A stretch of DNA of 20,000 bases. Origin: an uncultured virus (IMG/VR IMGVR_UViG_3300000233_000006). Lineage: Duplodnaviria > Heunggongvirae > Uroviricota > Caudoviricetes. Location: positions 107,911 to 127,910 of IMG/VR virus record IMGVR_UViG_3300000233_000006; one strand, given 5' to 3'. Positions 1 to 7,970 of this stretch are shown one piece after another (the stretch's first letter is position 1; each line of letters begins with the position of its first letter). Made by a program: the position numbers and the translations under genes. The notes below the pieces were generated by a model that made no database searches, was not told the DNA's origin, and saw only the letters and a list, made by a program, of their open reading frames with translations.

Positions 1-258
1 CGGATAAAGGTTTCTATCCATAACATAGCAAAGACCTGCATTTAAAACAAAGTCAGTCACGTCAGACGTACTGTAAAAAACTTCGTTCATAGTCTTTTCG
101 ATCATTCGCATCGTTAAGAAAGCGTATGAGTTACTCGAAATAATCGTCTCGATAAAGTCTTTAACATTATCGCTTAGTTCGACGCCTTGATCAAGCGTCG
201 TGCTAAGGATGCGCCTAATGATCTCATCCTTTTCTTTGAATAAAACATCGTCATTCAT
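1..258 (-). CDS. Hypothetical protein, 3'-truncated by the window edge
   Basis: Not in the ORF track. Manual translation from ATG at 258 gives MNDDVLFKEKDEIIRRILSTTLDQGVELSD...DRNLYP, open for 86 codons to position 1. The start overlaps the stop of 251..649 (ATGAATGA), consistent with translational coupling. Confidence 0.7.
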   Translation of the reverse strand, partial: MNDDVLFKEKDEIIRRILSTTLDQGVELSDNVKDFIETIISSNSYAFLTMRMIEKTMNEVFYSTSDVTDFVLNAGLCYVMDRNLYP

Positions 259-649
259 CGTCAGACCCCTTGTTCATGCTGTAATCTCTTAAGTCAAGTG
301 TTCGCTCGTGATGGGTTATTTCGTCGTTAGCGTGATAAACGTCGACGCTTATTTTTATTTTTGGAATTTGTAAGAATTTAATCGACTTAATAAAAACCCT
401 AAACGTCATGGTTTTTGCCGTAAGGTCTTTAAGAAGATTCGATCGAATATTTGATCGATCCTTAACGTTATCAGGAACCCTGTTACCTTCAAAGTTTGAA
501 GGTGTCGACAGATATGTCTCCATCCATGCATTATAGTCGTCAGGCGTAACGCCCTTGACATGAGCGACCTCAAGAAAGAGATTGCTTAGTATCGTTCCTA
601 GGTTGGCATCAGCCTTAGGTTCGTTACGTTTAATATGATCCTTTTTCAT
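251..649 (-). CDS. Hypothetical phage protein (132 aa), probably conserved in phiKZ-like phages
   Basis: Intact ORF with an ATGA overlap to 646..1089. The segment RSNLLKDLTAKTMTFRVFIKSIKFL resembles small conserved jumbo-phage proteins as I recall them; unverified. Confidence 0.75.
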   Translation of the reverse strand: MKKDHIKRNEPKADANLGTILSNLFLEVAHVKGVTPDDYNAWMETYLSTPSNFEGNRVPDNVKDRSNIRSNLLKDLTAKTMTFRVFIKSIKFLQIPKIKISVDVYHANDEITHHERTLDLRDYSMNKGSDDE

Positions 650-1089
650 AAAGTTTTTATCCTAAGGATTAAAGCGTCAATATTTTGCTCGACATTCCTT
701 ACACGTCTTAGCGTGTAATTATTTTGATCGCTATCGTTATTTTGACGAAGGCGATCTGTCGTTTCTTTGAAGTCAGAAACGGCGTCGGCAAATCGTAAAT
801 ACTCGTCACTCGACACAATGAAACCGTCTCGATCCGTAATGAAGGTATGGAGACTTATTCGTTTAAGTGTCAGGTGAGTCAAAGTAAGGCTGTCAAACAT
901 ATCTGACTTCATAGCTCGGTTGAGTTTAAGAAGCTCAGCTAAATACGTATCTATGTTTTCATAAAAAACCTCGAGTTTTATGTGACCATATTTGTCGGAA
1001 ATAAGATCTTGCTGTGTAAATTTTGTCAAAATGTCTTTAGGTTTTTGACTGTACTTTTTTCTAAAATAAGTCAGGATTTTTTTAATCAT
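646..1089 (-). CDS. Hypothetical protein (147 aa)
   Basis: Intact ORF with SD-like AAGGTGG upstream; first gene after an early-type promoter motif. Confidence 0.75.
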   Translation of the reverse strand: MIKKILTYFRKKYSQKPKDILTKFTQQDLISDKYGHIKLEVFYENIDTYLAELLKLNRAMKSDMFDSLTLTHLTLKRISLHTFITDRDGFIVSSDEYLRFADAVSDFKETTDRLRQNNDSDQNNYTLRRVRNVEQNIDALILRIKTL

Positions 1090-1120
1090 AACCCACCTTT
1101 AAAAAAAGATCAAATGATAT

Positions 1121-1136
1121 GTCACTTAAGTAATAT
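1121..1136 (-). promoter_or_regulatory. Early-type (virion RNAP) promoter, ATATTAC-N5-TGAC
   Basis: Minus strand reads CATATTAC TTAAG TGAC. It contains the TATTAC core known from phiKZ early promoters and has the same spacing as three other copies in the window. Confidence 0.6.
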
Positions 1137-1147
1137 GTCATTGAAAT

Positions 1148-1156
1148 ATTTTATGA
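1148..1156 (+). promoter_or_regulatory. Late-type promoter motif ATNNTATGA
   Basis: ATTTTATGA lies 22 nt before the ATG at 1179. TATG is the phiKZ late-promoter core. Confidence 0.45.
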
Positions 1157-1178
1157 CTTTAAATGTGGAGAAAATAAA

Positions 1179-1574
1179 ATGTCAGAGAGTATTAATCCTG
1201 AAGAACGGCGAATTATTAATAAGACCGTGTCGATACGCGAAAAAATTATCGATAGTCTTATGCAGGACGATAAAGTTCCGACAGATCGAGACGATCTTAA
1301 ACTCTTACTTTCAACCCTTGACAGTACCGACCGAACTGTGGTCTCGGTAGCAAAAATTCGTAATGACGATGCTAACGAGAAAAGTCGTATTAACGCAGCT
1401 TCTGATGTCGCCAAGTTAATTGGGACCATGCGTGATCGTAAATTAAAGGCGCTTGAAGAAGTACGTGAAATACCTAGTCTTCCCGATGACTTTAATGTTA
1501 TCAATCCTGTTCTAGGTGAAAAGGATATTGGAGAATCAGGTTTGTGCTATGATGAATTTATGAAAGACGATTAA
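1179..1574 (+). CDS. Hypothetical protein (131 aa)
   Basis: Intact ORF with GGAG SD upstream; helical, charged sequence; convergent overlap with 1558..2268. Confidence 0.75.
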   Translation: MSESINPEERRIINKTVSIREKIIDSLMQDDKVPTDRDDLKLLLSTLDSTDRTVVSVAKIRNDDANEKSRINAASDVAKLIGTMRDRKLKALEEVREIPSLPDDFNVINPVLGEKDIGESGLCYDEFMKDD

Positions 1575-2268
1575 AGATCGTCGGATCGACAGAAAAAGTT
1601 TCGGCTGGAATATGTGTGATATCTATAAAGAACTTCAAGAATTCTTCAAGTTCCTGAAAGACATCGACCGAACCACGTTTCTTAATAGTTTCGATCAGCG
1701 CATCCTTATCCTTAATCAAGGCCGATGTATAGATTTTGACTTTAGTGCAGTTCACCCGTTTAAGTTCCTCAGCATGAATATCAAGCCACGGATGAAAGTC
1801 ATAATAAAAAACTGATCCGTACGTTTGTCTTAAAATGGTGGGGGTTAATGCTTCAAGCGAAAAATGACAAAGTTCAACACGGTATTCTTCACCCAGTAGA
1901 TAGTTGAATGCCCGACGTATAGCCTCTCTAACAGGTTCTTCAAAAATATAAGGGTAAGTATTAAGTCTTACGATAATGTCGCCTGTAATCACCCCGTCGA
2001 AGCGTGCAAACGAAGATCTCTTTAAGAGACCTTTAAGATAGATATGTAATAAGGAACGTAGAGACTTTTTTACAGTCTCTACGTTCCTTGACGCGTACGC
2101 TTTTTCATAGATCTCCTGACGTTCTGTTTCAAAAAACAAGTCGCTTACTCGGTTCTTGAAATAGCGAAACATAAATTCCTCATTCATGAGGTCTTGACTT
2201 GTTTCGCTAAGTACGGTATAACGCGTATCAAGGATCGCGTCAAGTTCGATAAGGATAACGTGGTTCAT
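1558..2268 (-). CDS. Conserved phiKZ-like protein, possible degenerate HAD-like fold (236 aa)
   Basis: The N-terminal strand ILIELDAILDTR resembles HAD motif I but has ExD rather than DxD. ATGA overlap with the vRNAP subunit gene. Confidence 0.6.
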   Translation of the reverse strand: MNHVILIELDAILDTRYTVLSETSQDLMNEEFMFRYFKNRVSDLFFETERQEIYEKAYASRNVETVKKSLRSLLHIYLKGLLKRSSFARFDGVITGDIIVRLNTYPYIFEEPVREAIRRAFNYLLGEEYRVELCHFSLEALTPTILRQTYGSVFYYDFHPWLDIHAEELKRVNCTKVKIYTSALIKDKDALIETIKKRGSVDVFQELEEFLKFFIDITHIPAETFSVDPTIFNRLS

Positions 2269-2936
2269 AGCGTGTTCTTTATATGTGCGCCATTAAGAAG
2301 GACGCGTAGTGTTTTCGTTGACTCGACGCCCTGTGAATAGGGTTCGATCGCCTTTAAGCTTACGTGACCAAAAGTCGATATTGAGGCATTCATGGCTCTA
2401 AAGCCCGACGTATCACCACCACGAAACTTAATCATTTCTTTAACCGATTCTTTAAGATTAAATGCGGATAAAATCTGAAGTTGTGGGAGTGAAATGCGCG
2501 AGGCTTTCGAAGACGACGTGGCTTGACCTGTTGTCCTGTCAACAATCGCATTGTTTTCAGGAACCTTGATTTTACTCGAGATCGTTTGCGAAGCACGTCG
2601 AACGGGCATATCGTAAACAAGATAGGGGATCGGGGTTAGATACTCACTGGTCTCCTCGGTCGCCCCAATCCACAGTCTCGAAAAGAAATTATGACCAAGT
2701 TTCTTAGCGATTTCGATATTTCTTTCTGTCGAAAGTTTATAACCGTCTTTAAAGTTAGGTGCGTATATTACAAGGTTTCTCGCACCTAACTCAATATCGT
2801 TCATGAGTTGATCAAAAGCTTTATCCGACATCGTTTTAAAAAGACGCTCATAAAACGCTTTATTCTCAGACCCTGGAAGGATCATGTCGATGTGTTTAAC
2901 TATAAACGCTTCAGCTTCTTTTCTAGACCCAGCCAT
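2265..2936 (-). CDS. Virion RNA polymerase beta subunit, C-terminal fragment (phiKZ gp149-like)
   Basis: VRRASQTISSK...VDRTTGQAT..SKASRISLPQLQIL...EMIKFRGGD aligns by eye with the RpoB C-terminus (SLVTQQP..GQRFGEME..EMLTVKSDD). Its size (223 aa) and closeness to uvsX match the split vRNAP of phiKZ-like phages. Confidence 0.85.
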   Translation of the reverse strand: MAGSRKEAEAFIVKHIDMILPGSENKAFYERLFKTMSDKAFDQLMNDIELGARNLVIYAPNFKDGYKLSTERNIEIAKKLGHNFFSRLWIGATEETSEYLTPIPYLVYDMPVRRASQTISSKIKVPENNAIVDRTTGQATSSSKASRISLPQLQILSAFNLKESVKEMIKFRGGDTSGFRAMNASISTFGHVSLKAIEPYSQGVESTKTLRVLLNGAHIKNTL

Positions 2937-2950
2937 ACCCAGCCTCCGAA

Positions 2951-3298
2951 TTAAACGGTCGGTAAACCGTTTCGTTGAATAAACGGTACGACGTTAGTTT
3001 CGAAAAGACGCAACCAGTTGGCGTGGTCTTCAACCATAACGAGATTGCTTCGCTGTTCGAAACTAGGTTCTTCGCAACACAAAAGCTGGAACTGCCAGTA
3101 GCGATTCATGACCATGATTTGCTTCAATGGTCTGTAATGGCGCGCTGCGGTGATGAAGGGATGGTATAAGTAAATTTCCAAATCTTGCGGTGTACGACCC
3201 GCCTTGATCAATAAATCATAAACGATCCCGACAATGTCGACATCACCGTCTACGCGCGGCTCGTCTTCCTGATTAATCTGTCCGTTGTGCAAATACAT
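2951..3298 (-). CDS. Hypothetical protein (115 aa)
   Basis: Intact ORF, co-directional between uvsX and the vRNAP subunit gene; SD-like GAAGGT upstream. Confidence 0.75.
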   Translation of the reverse strand: MYLHNGQINQEDEPRVDGDVDIVGIVYDLLIKAGRTPQDLEIYLYHPFITAARHYRPLKQIMVMNRYWQFQLLCCEEPSFEQRSNLVMVEDHANWLRLFETNVVPFIQRNGLPTV

Positions 3299-3325
3299 AA
3301 AAAAACCTTCAGATAGTGTTAAATG

Positions 3326-3334
3326 TCATAGCAT
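3326..3334 (-). promoter_or_regulatory. Late-type promoter motif ATNNTATGA
   Basis: Minus strand ATGCTATGA(CATT) lies 27 nt upstream of 3298 and would drive the operon containing the vRNAP subunit. Confidence 0.5.
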
Positions 3335-3346
3335 AGAAAAGTAAAG

Positions 3347-4774
3347 TTATTTCTTCTCAAGCCAATAAGGGTGGTAGCGACCGACGCGCATCTCCAATAA
3401 ATCAAGCGTCGATAAAAAAGGACGTTCCTGGTTTTCATTATTAAACACCCAATATGGACGTGAATTAAGTAAAATATTCCAGTCATAACCTTTAGCTTTA
3501 AGATCTTCATAAAGCTCTTTAGGTGTACAGATAAGTTCTTTGGGAAAGTTTTTCCACAACTTAAAAATCTGACACATTTCGGATGTGTACAGAATCGCTG
3601 TCCTAAGTTTCTGATCGTCATCAATTTTAGACCTTACCGTGGGACGTGTAAGTTTAACGTCTGGATAAAGTGATAGATAATAATTAACGTTATTACCTTC
3701 AAGACCGAAACGGTCTTCATTTTTGATGTAATTAAATTCAGTCAAGGAAGGTAAGACACCTTCTGTTTGAGAGACGATAATCTCTAAATGAAACCCTGAC
3801 GTTCCGGCCTTACCACGTAATTGGCGCATACTGACAGCAAACAAATCAACGTCACCAGAAACCTGATCCGAGGAAAACTTGGGGTATTCAGGTGCCTTAG
3901 TGCCTTGGTTAATTAAAGGTGCTGTATGGAACGTCTGCCAGCAGTTATTAAGCAAGAAAAAGAAACGGTCTGTGACGCCTTTAAGTTTATCGCCATTTTT
4001 CAAACCTTGTAATTTCTTAGCAGGAGGGGGTGCGTACGGTCCTTTAGCGATCTCCATTTCCTTACCCACGTGACCGGTCATTAAAAAGAAATGGCCGGAA
4101 TTACCTGCGATGGTAGGAATGTCCATTAGGAAGCGCGCCTTACTAAGACCCTGGCGCATAAAGACGATGTTACCGCCAGACTCACCGAGATCATTATCGT
4201 CCTGCAACTTAGCCACATCTTCAGTTTCAAATTCGCTTAAAGAGTCAATTTCACTGAAGGTTGGTGTGACAACCTTCAGAAGTGTTTTATTATCACGATC
4301 AAGAAAAGGCGATTCGATCATCCAATCTCTTGTATTATCTTTCTTAGTCTTTAAATAATCCTTAAGGATACGATACCATTCATTTGCATAATACTGGGAT
4401 TTATCGCTAATCGACCAGATGCCGTCATTGAAGATATCGCCCGTCGGTTCGGTCTTTTTAAGCTCAGGAAACCGTGCAAGAAGATCCTTAAGATGAGATT
4501 CGTGTTTATTGATTTCAGTATCAAACGTCGTAACATGTGTCTGGTGCGCAGGAAGAACTTTCGATAAAGCAGACGCTGTCATGTAGTGCATGATCGTGGA
4601 TTTGAAGCTGTTCCCAATCCCCACAACTCCAGTAATCGCGCCAAGTCCACCGGCAAGAAGGTTTTCGCCGTGACGACCTTTAACATAATAACCTGTAGGA
4701 ATATCGAGTAAAGCGCCTAGATTTATCATGGTCTTAACGCTAGGTATTTGTTTAAAGCCAGGACGATCGTTCAT
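3347..4774 (-). CDS. uvsX: UvsX/RecA-like recombinase (phiKZ gp152-like)
   Basis: N-terminal INLGALLDIPTG, variant Walker A GVVGIGNSFKST, TFDTE catalytic-glutamate strand and EIDSLSE Walker B. Length (475 aa) is typical of the jumbo-phage enzyme. Confidence 0.9.
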   Translation of the reverse strand: MNDRPGFKQIPSVKTMINLGALLDIPTGYYVKGRHGENLLAGGLGAITGVVGIGNSFKSTIMHYMTASALSKVLPAHQTHVTTFDTEINKHESHLKDLLARFPELKKTEPTGDIFNDGIWSISDKSQYYANEWYRILKDYLKTKKDNTRDWMIESPFLDRDNKTLLKVVTPTFSEIDSLSEFETEDVAKLQDDNDLGESGGNIVFMRQGLSKARFLMDIPTIAGNSGHFFLMTGHVGKEMEIAKGPYAPPPAKKLQGLKNGDKLKGVTDRFFFLLNNCWQTFHTAPLINQGTKAPEYPKFSSDQVSGDVDLFAVSMRQLRGKAGTSGFHLEIIVSQTEGVLPSLTEFNYIKNEDRFGLEGNNVNYYLSLYPDVKLTRPTVRSKIDDDQKLRTAILYTSEMCQIFKLWKNFPKELICTPKELYEDLKAKGYDWNILLNSRPYWVFNNENQERPFLSTLDLLEMRVGRYHPYWLEKK

Positions 4775-4850
4775 TTTTTTAGCTCAGTTAGGTGACCAAA
4801 ACATAAGGAAGGTTTGAAAAAAATAACGACGAATAGTGTACACGCATAGA

Positions 4851-4859
4851 ATCGTATGA
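4851..4859 (+). promoter_or_regulatory. Late-type promoter motif ATNNTATGA
   Basis: ATCGTATGA lies 24 nt before ATG 4884; the identical 9-mer precedes gene 15310..16560. Confidence 0.55.
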
Positions 4860-4883
4860 AAAACAGTATCCGGAGCCACTTTT

Positions 4884-5732
4884 ATGAATTTCTTAGTCGA
4901 TCAAGGGTACGTCTCTGAACACGCCGTTTATCTTAGAAAACGTCTTGCATTTGAGTCCACGATGCAAGATAACGTCGCAACCATTTTCAGGTCAGTCATC
5001 CCAGAATTCCAGAAATCCCTCAATGACGCATCGTCATCGATGATTGAGGCCTCAGGTAATTTTATCAGCTCACTTTTTAAAAGCGATGAAAAACGTTCGC
5101 TGGATATTCTTGAAAAGCTTAACTATACGGACATCTCAAGGATGGACGTCAGTGTCCCAGAAGGCTTTACAGGTCTATTAAAGGACTATACTAAAACACA
5201 TCTTGAATGGTGTTATAAGCTTGAGAAAAATGTCACCGAATCATCCGACTTACTTTATGCCCAACTCTCGATCTTTATAACCAATAAAGAAACGCGTCAC
5301 GGCTCTCATGTCTCCGAAGACATGGTGAGAGAAGGTCGTAAACTAATCGACGAATACGTTCGTTTCAGATCAAACTTCTTTGATTCCAAAGATCACTACG
5401 CCCAAGCTAAACTCAATAAAGTTGTTCCCCAAAGAAAAGACTTTAAAGATATCTATACCGATATCAATGCGATAAAGACGCATCAAACGACAGAGCGTCT
5501 CAGAAAAATGCATGAGCGTACGCGTTCGATTTCTAATCTCGTTGACATTCTACTCGATAACTTTAAAGTTAATGAGAACCCTAAAATAAGCGGTCCGATA
5601 GGCGAGTATTTGTCTGATGCCGTTTACATCCAGGCTCAAAAAATTAATATTTACGGCATGCACTTCCACGACAGCATCGTTTTATTTGAAACGATCGACC
5701 GTCTAAGAACACGCATCTTAGAACTTACTTAA
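4884..5732 (+). CDS. Putative virion structural protein (phiKZ gp153-like)
   Basis: Divergent from uvsX as in phiKZ-like synteny. Contains LNYTDISRMDVSVPEGFTG and an N-terminal AFE-S resembling an S/A/G-x-E prohead protease site. Late-type promoter and GGAG SD upstream. Confidence 0.65.
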   Translation: MNFLVDQGYVSEHAVYLRKRLAFESTMQDNVATIFRSVIPEFQKSLNDASSSMIEASGNFISSLFKSDEKRSLDILEKLNYTDISRMDVSVPEGFTGLLKDYTKTHLEWCYKLEKNVTESSDLLYAQLSIFITNKETRHGSHVSEDMVREGRKLIDEYVRFRSNFFDSKDHYAQAKLNKVVPQRKDFKDIYTDINAIKTHQTTERLRKMHERTRSISNLVDILLDNFKVNENPKISGPIGEYLSDAVYIQAQKINIYGMHFHDSIVLFETIDRLRTRILELT

Positions 5733-5739
5733 AGCAACA

Positions 5740-5776
5740 AGAGTAGCTTGGGTGGCAAGGCCACCCAAGCTACTCT
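5740..5776. terminator. Perfect 17-bp hairpin between convergent genes (probable bidirectional terminator)
   Basis: AGAGTAGCTTGGGTGGC-AAG-GCCACCCAAGCTACTCT, between the stops at 5732 (+) and 5786 (-). Confidence 0.85.
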
Positions 5777-5785
5777 CTTAACCCT

Positions 5786-6154
5786 TTAGGTAATGTGATG
5801 GAGTTGGTCTTTGAGCTCAAAGACCCTCGAAATATCATCGAGCATAAGCTCTTTACTTCCATAAGTCAACCAGGAAGGCATCGTCTTGACGATAATATCG
5901 GGATGATCCTGAATACGCTTTTCTTTGACCTCGACGTCATTCCAAATCGCTTTCTTAAACAAAAAGGGAAATTTTAAGGAATCGCTATCCGTATTGAGTT
6001 TAAAAAACGTATTGATTTTATCTAAGAGCGCGTTGTCGGGTTCTTTAATACCCTCGATTTCACCGACAAGCGTTGTGATGAAAATGATACGTTTTATTTT
6101 CCTCGGTACATTTTCAGACAAACTCTTCTCAATAAATCGCTTTAAAAATGACAT
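5786..6154 (-). CDS. Hypothetical protein (122 aa)
   Basis: Intact ORF with GAGGA SD, 9 nt downstream of the RNase H-like gene. Confidence 0.75.
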   Translation of the reverse strand: MSFLKRFIEKSLSENVPRKIKRIIFITTLVGEIEGIKEPDNALLDKINTFFKLNTDSDSLKFPFLFKKAIWNDVEVKEKRIQDHPDIIVKTMPSWLTYGSKELMLDDISRVFELKDQLHHIT

Positions 6155-6163
6155 ACAAAATCC

Positions 6164-7636
6164 TCAAGAAATGAAATAGGTACTTGCAAAATAATTAGAC
6201 CAAATACCCGAAGCGTTACGAGTCTTCAAAACGATCGCGTATTGAACCATCGAATCCCCATTAAACCAATGTACGAAGTAGACCGAGGGATCATCGTCTT
6301 CGATCTTTTTAAGATTGTTTCTAGGCGGCGTATCCGAACCCAGAATAATCCTTACCTCTATAGGTTTACCTTTTTCCTTAGCCTCCAGACAGTGAACGAC
6401 AACATCCGTTGTCGGCGTAATATCCTTCTTTAAAACCTTTGAAGTTTTACTTTTTTCTTGAACCTCATCATAAAATAGACTTGTGATGTCGGTGAATATT
6501 AAGCCATTTCTCATAGTCGTGTTTTCGGATAACGAAGTATGAAAATCGGCAAGTATATGTTCAAGGTTTGTGAAAACGTCAACAACCCTAAAAATAAGAC
6601 CTGGAGGCTGAATGTCTTCAACGACAGAAAGCCCGTCAATAAAATCAATTCCGAACTTAGGCTTTTTTTGATTAACGATACTTAAATCAGGGAATGCTGA
6701 CGTCAAATGCCTAAAGTCCTTAGTGTAAATTTTATCAAGACGCATCACCATCACTGTTTCAAGGTCTTTGGAATACTCGGCTTGCCGATCTTTATACATT
6801 TCAATAATGTCGTCAGGGACATCCAATGAAAGTACACAGAACTTCGAATTATTCGATCGTTTACCAAACATGTGCTCAACCCCTGTTTTTCCGGGATAAG
6901 CCATGTGATACAAGCCTTTCTTGACTTCTTTAGCCGGATTAAAATAGAGGCGTCTATAATGTATAAGTGGGTTTATAACGATCTTAGGTGACCAATAATC
7001 TGAAGATTCGTACGTTCTGAAAAGCTCATCGATTTCAGAACCTTCTTTTATTGACAACTGAAGACCAAGTTGGCACATGGTTCGAGCCATTTCGTAACCA
7101 GGATAACTTATTTGAGAAGGATCAAAAACAAACTCGAATGTTAAACCTTTATCAAGACACGCGCGGTACGCGATATTGAAGTCTCGCCAAGGTTTAAAAC
7201 ACGGGATATTTCCGTGTTCGGCATTAAAAATACCCTTCTCGTGAAGTTTGGCGATATGCGTATTAATGAATGTTTCGATTCTTTCGCTAGGCGTAAAAAT
7301 AAGAACGCCGTCGTCTTTTGAAGAATATTCAAGAAGGTTCTCGAGAATACGAATAATAGGCACGATACCTGAACAAATTTCTTTTTCTAAAACCTTCACA
7401 AAACCAAGTTTTTCATAAAAACTAACGACGGCCGACTGAGGCGTTTTTTCTCGTGTATCGATATAGCCACGCTCGGTGATATCAAACCCCGTAGGAGAAA
7501 GTCCCTTAGCTAAAGCCTTACCTTCTTCTTTAATCGATAAGCCGTGGACACCCCAGCCATGTACGTGCTTATCGTAAGGACTGGGTATAGCAAGCGTATA
7601 AAAAACGTATTTCATAGTAGAATCCGTGAGAGGCAC
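6164..7636 (-). CDS. RNase H-fold protein (phiKZ gp155-like) with apparently degenerate active site
   Basis: N-terminal GWGVHG strand, internal ITERGY, and C-terminal GSDTPPRNNLKKI and GIWSNYFA match the long jumbo-phage RNase H family as I recall it; synteny with uvsX agrees. The start may be ATG 7615 rather than GTG 7636. Confidence 0.75.
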   Translation of the reverse strand: MPLTDSTMKYVFYTLAIPSPYDKHVHGWGVHGLSIKEEGKALAKGLSPTGFDITERGYIDTREKTPQSAVVSFYEKLGFVKVLEKEICSGIVPIIRILENLLEYSSKDDGVLIFTPSERIETFINTHIAKLHEKGIFNAEHGNIPCFKPWRDFNIAYRACLDKGLTFEFVFDPSQISYPGYEMARTMCQLGLQLSIKEGSEIDELFRTYESSDYWSPKIVINPLIHYRRLYFNPAKEVKKGLYHMAYPGKTGVEHMFGKRSNNSKFCVLSLDVPDDIIEMYKDRQAEYSKDLETVMVMRLDKIYTKDFRHLTSAFPDLSIVNQKKPKFGIDFIDGLSVVEDIQPPGLIFRVVDVFTNLEHILADFHTSLSENTTMRNGLIFTDITSLFYDEVQEKSKTSKVLKKDITPTTDVVVHCLEAKEKGKPIEVRIILGSDTPPRNNLKKIEDDDPSVYFVHWFNGDSMVQYAIVLKTRNASGIWSNYFASTYFIS

Positions 7637-7662
7637 ATTAGATAAACCTATTTTTTTCTTTT

Positions 7663-7914
7663 TTAAGGGATGTTGTTTTTAATACACTTTTCTTCCAATA
7701 CCCTGAGCGCTTTCTCAATATTCATGTATTTGTGTGCAAGTTCGATCGTTGTGCCTGCAAGCGTAAGTGTCGTGTAAATAAGTGTAACGATCATGAGAAA
7801 GTTTAGGAACTTAAATAGGTTAAAACGAGAATTTCTAAATTCGAGCTCTTCTTTTCTCGCACGAATAACGCTTCGTATAAAGGGTAAGATCGATTCGATG
7901 ATAAATCCGAACAT
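7663..7914 (-). CDS. Small membrane protein (83 aa), holin-like candidate
   Basis: One hydrophobic segment (FLNFLMIVTLIYTTLTLAGTTI), preceded by basic residues and followed by a short coiled-coil-like tail. Confidence 0.55.
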   Translation of the reverse strand: MFGFIIESILPFIRSVIRARKEELEFRNSRFNLFKFLNFLMIVTLIYTTLTLAGTTIELAHKYMNIEKALRVLEEKCIKNNIP

Positions 7915-7925
7915 ATAAGGACTCC

Positions 7926-7934
7926 ATGTTATGA
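7926..7934 (+). promoter_or_regulatory. Late-type promoter motif ATNNTATGA
   Basis: ATGTTATGA lies 36 nt before ATG 7971. Confidence 0.5.
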
Positions 7935-7970
7935 ATGCTCAAAGCCTGTGTTAATTTAAGGAGAATCCGA

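Noticed and set aside
982..1504. ORFs 982..1350 (+) and 1151..1504 (-)
   Set aside because: They overlap better-supported genes (646..1089 and 1179..1574) that have SD and promoter signals.
2265..2936. Truncated rpoB pseudogene
   Set aside because: Split beta/beta' subunits are normal for phiKZ-like RNA polymerases; the ORF has a GGAGG SD and an intact frame.
4590..4630. Non-canonical Walker A (GIGNSFKST) suggesting an inactive RecA
   Set aside because: As I recall, this variant is usual in phiKZ-type UvsX proteins, so it is not evidence of inactivation.
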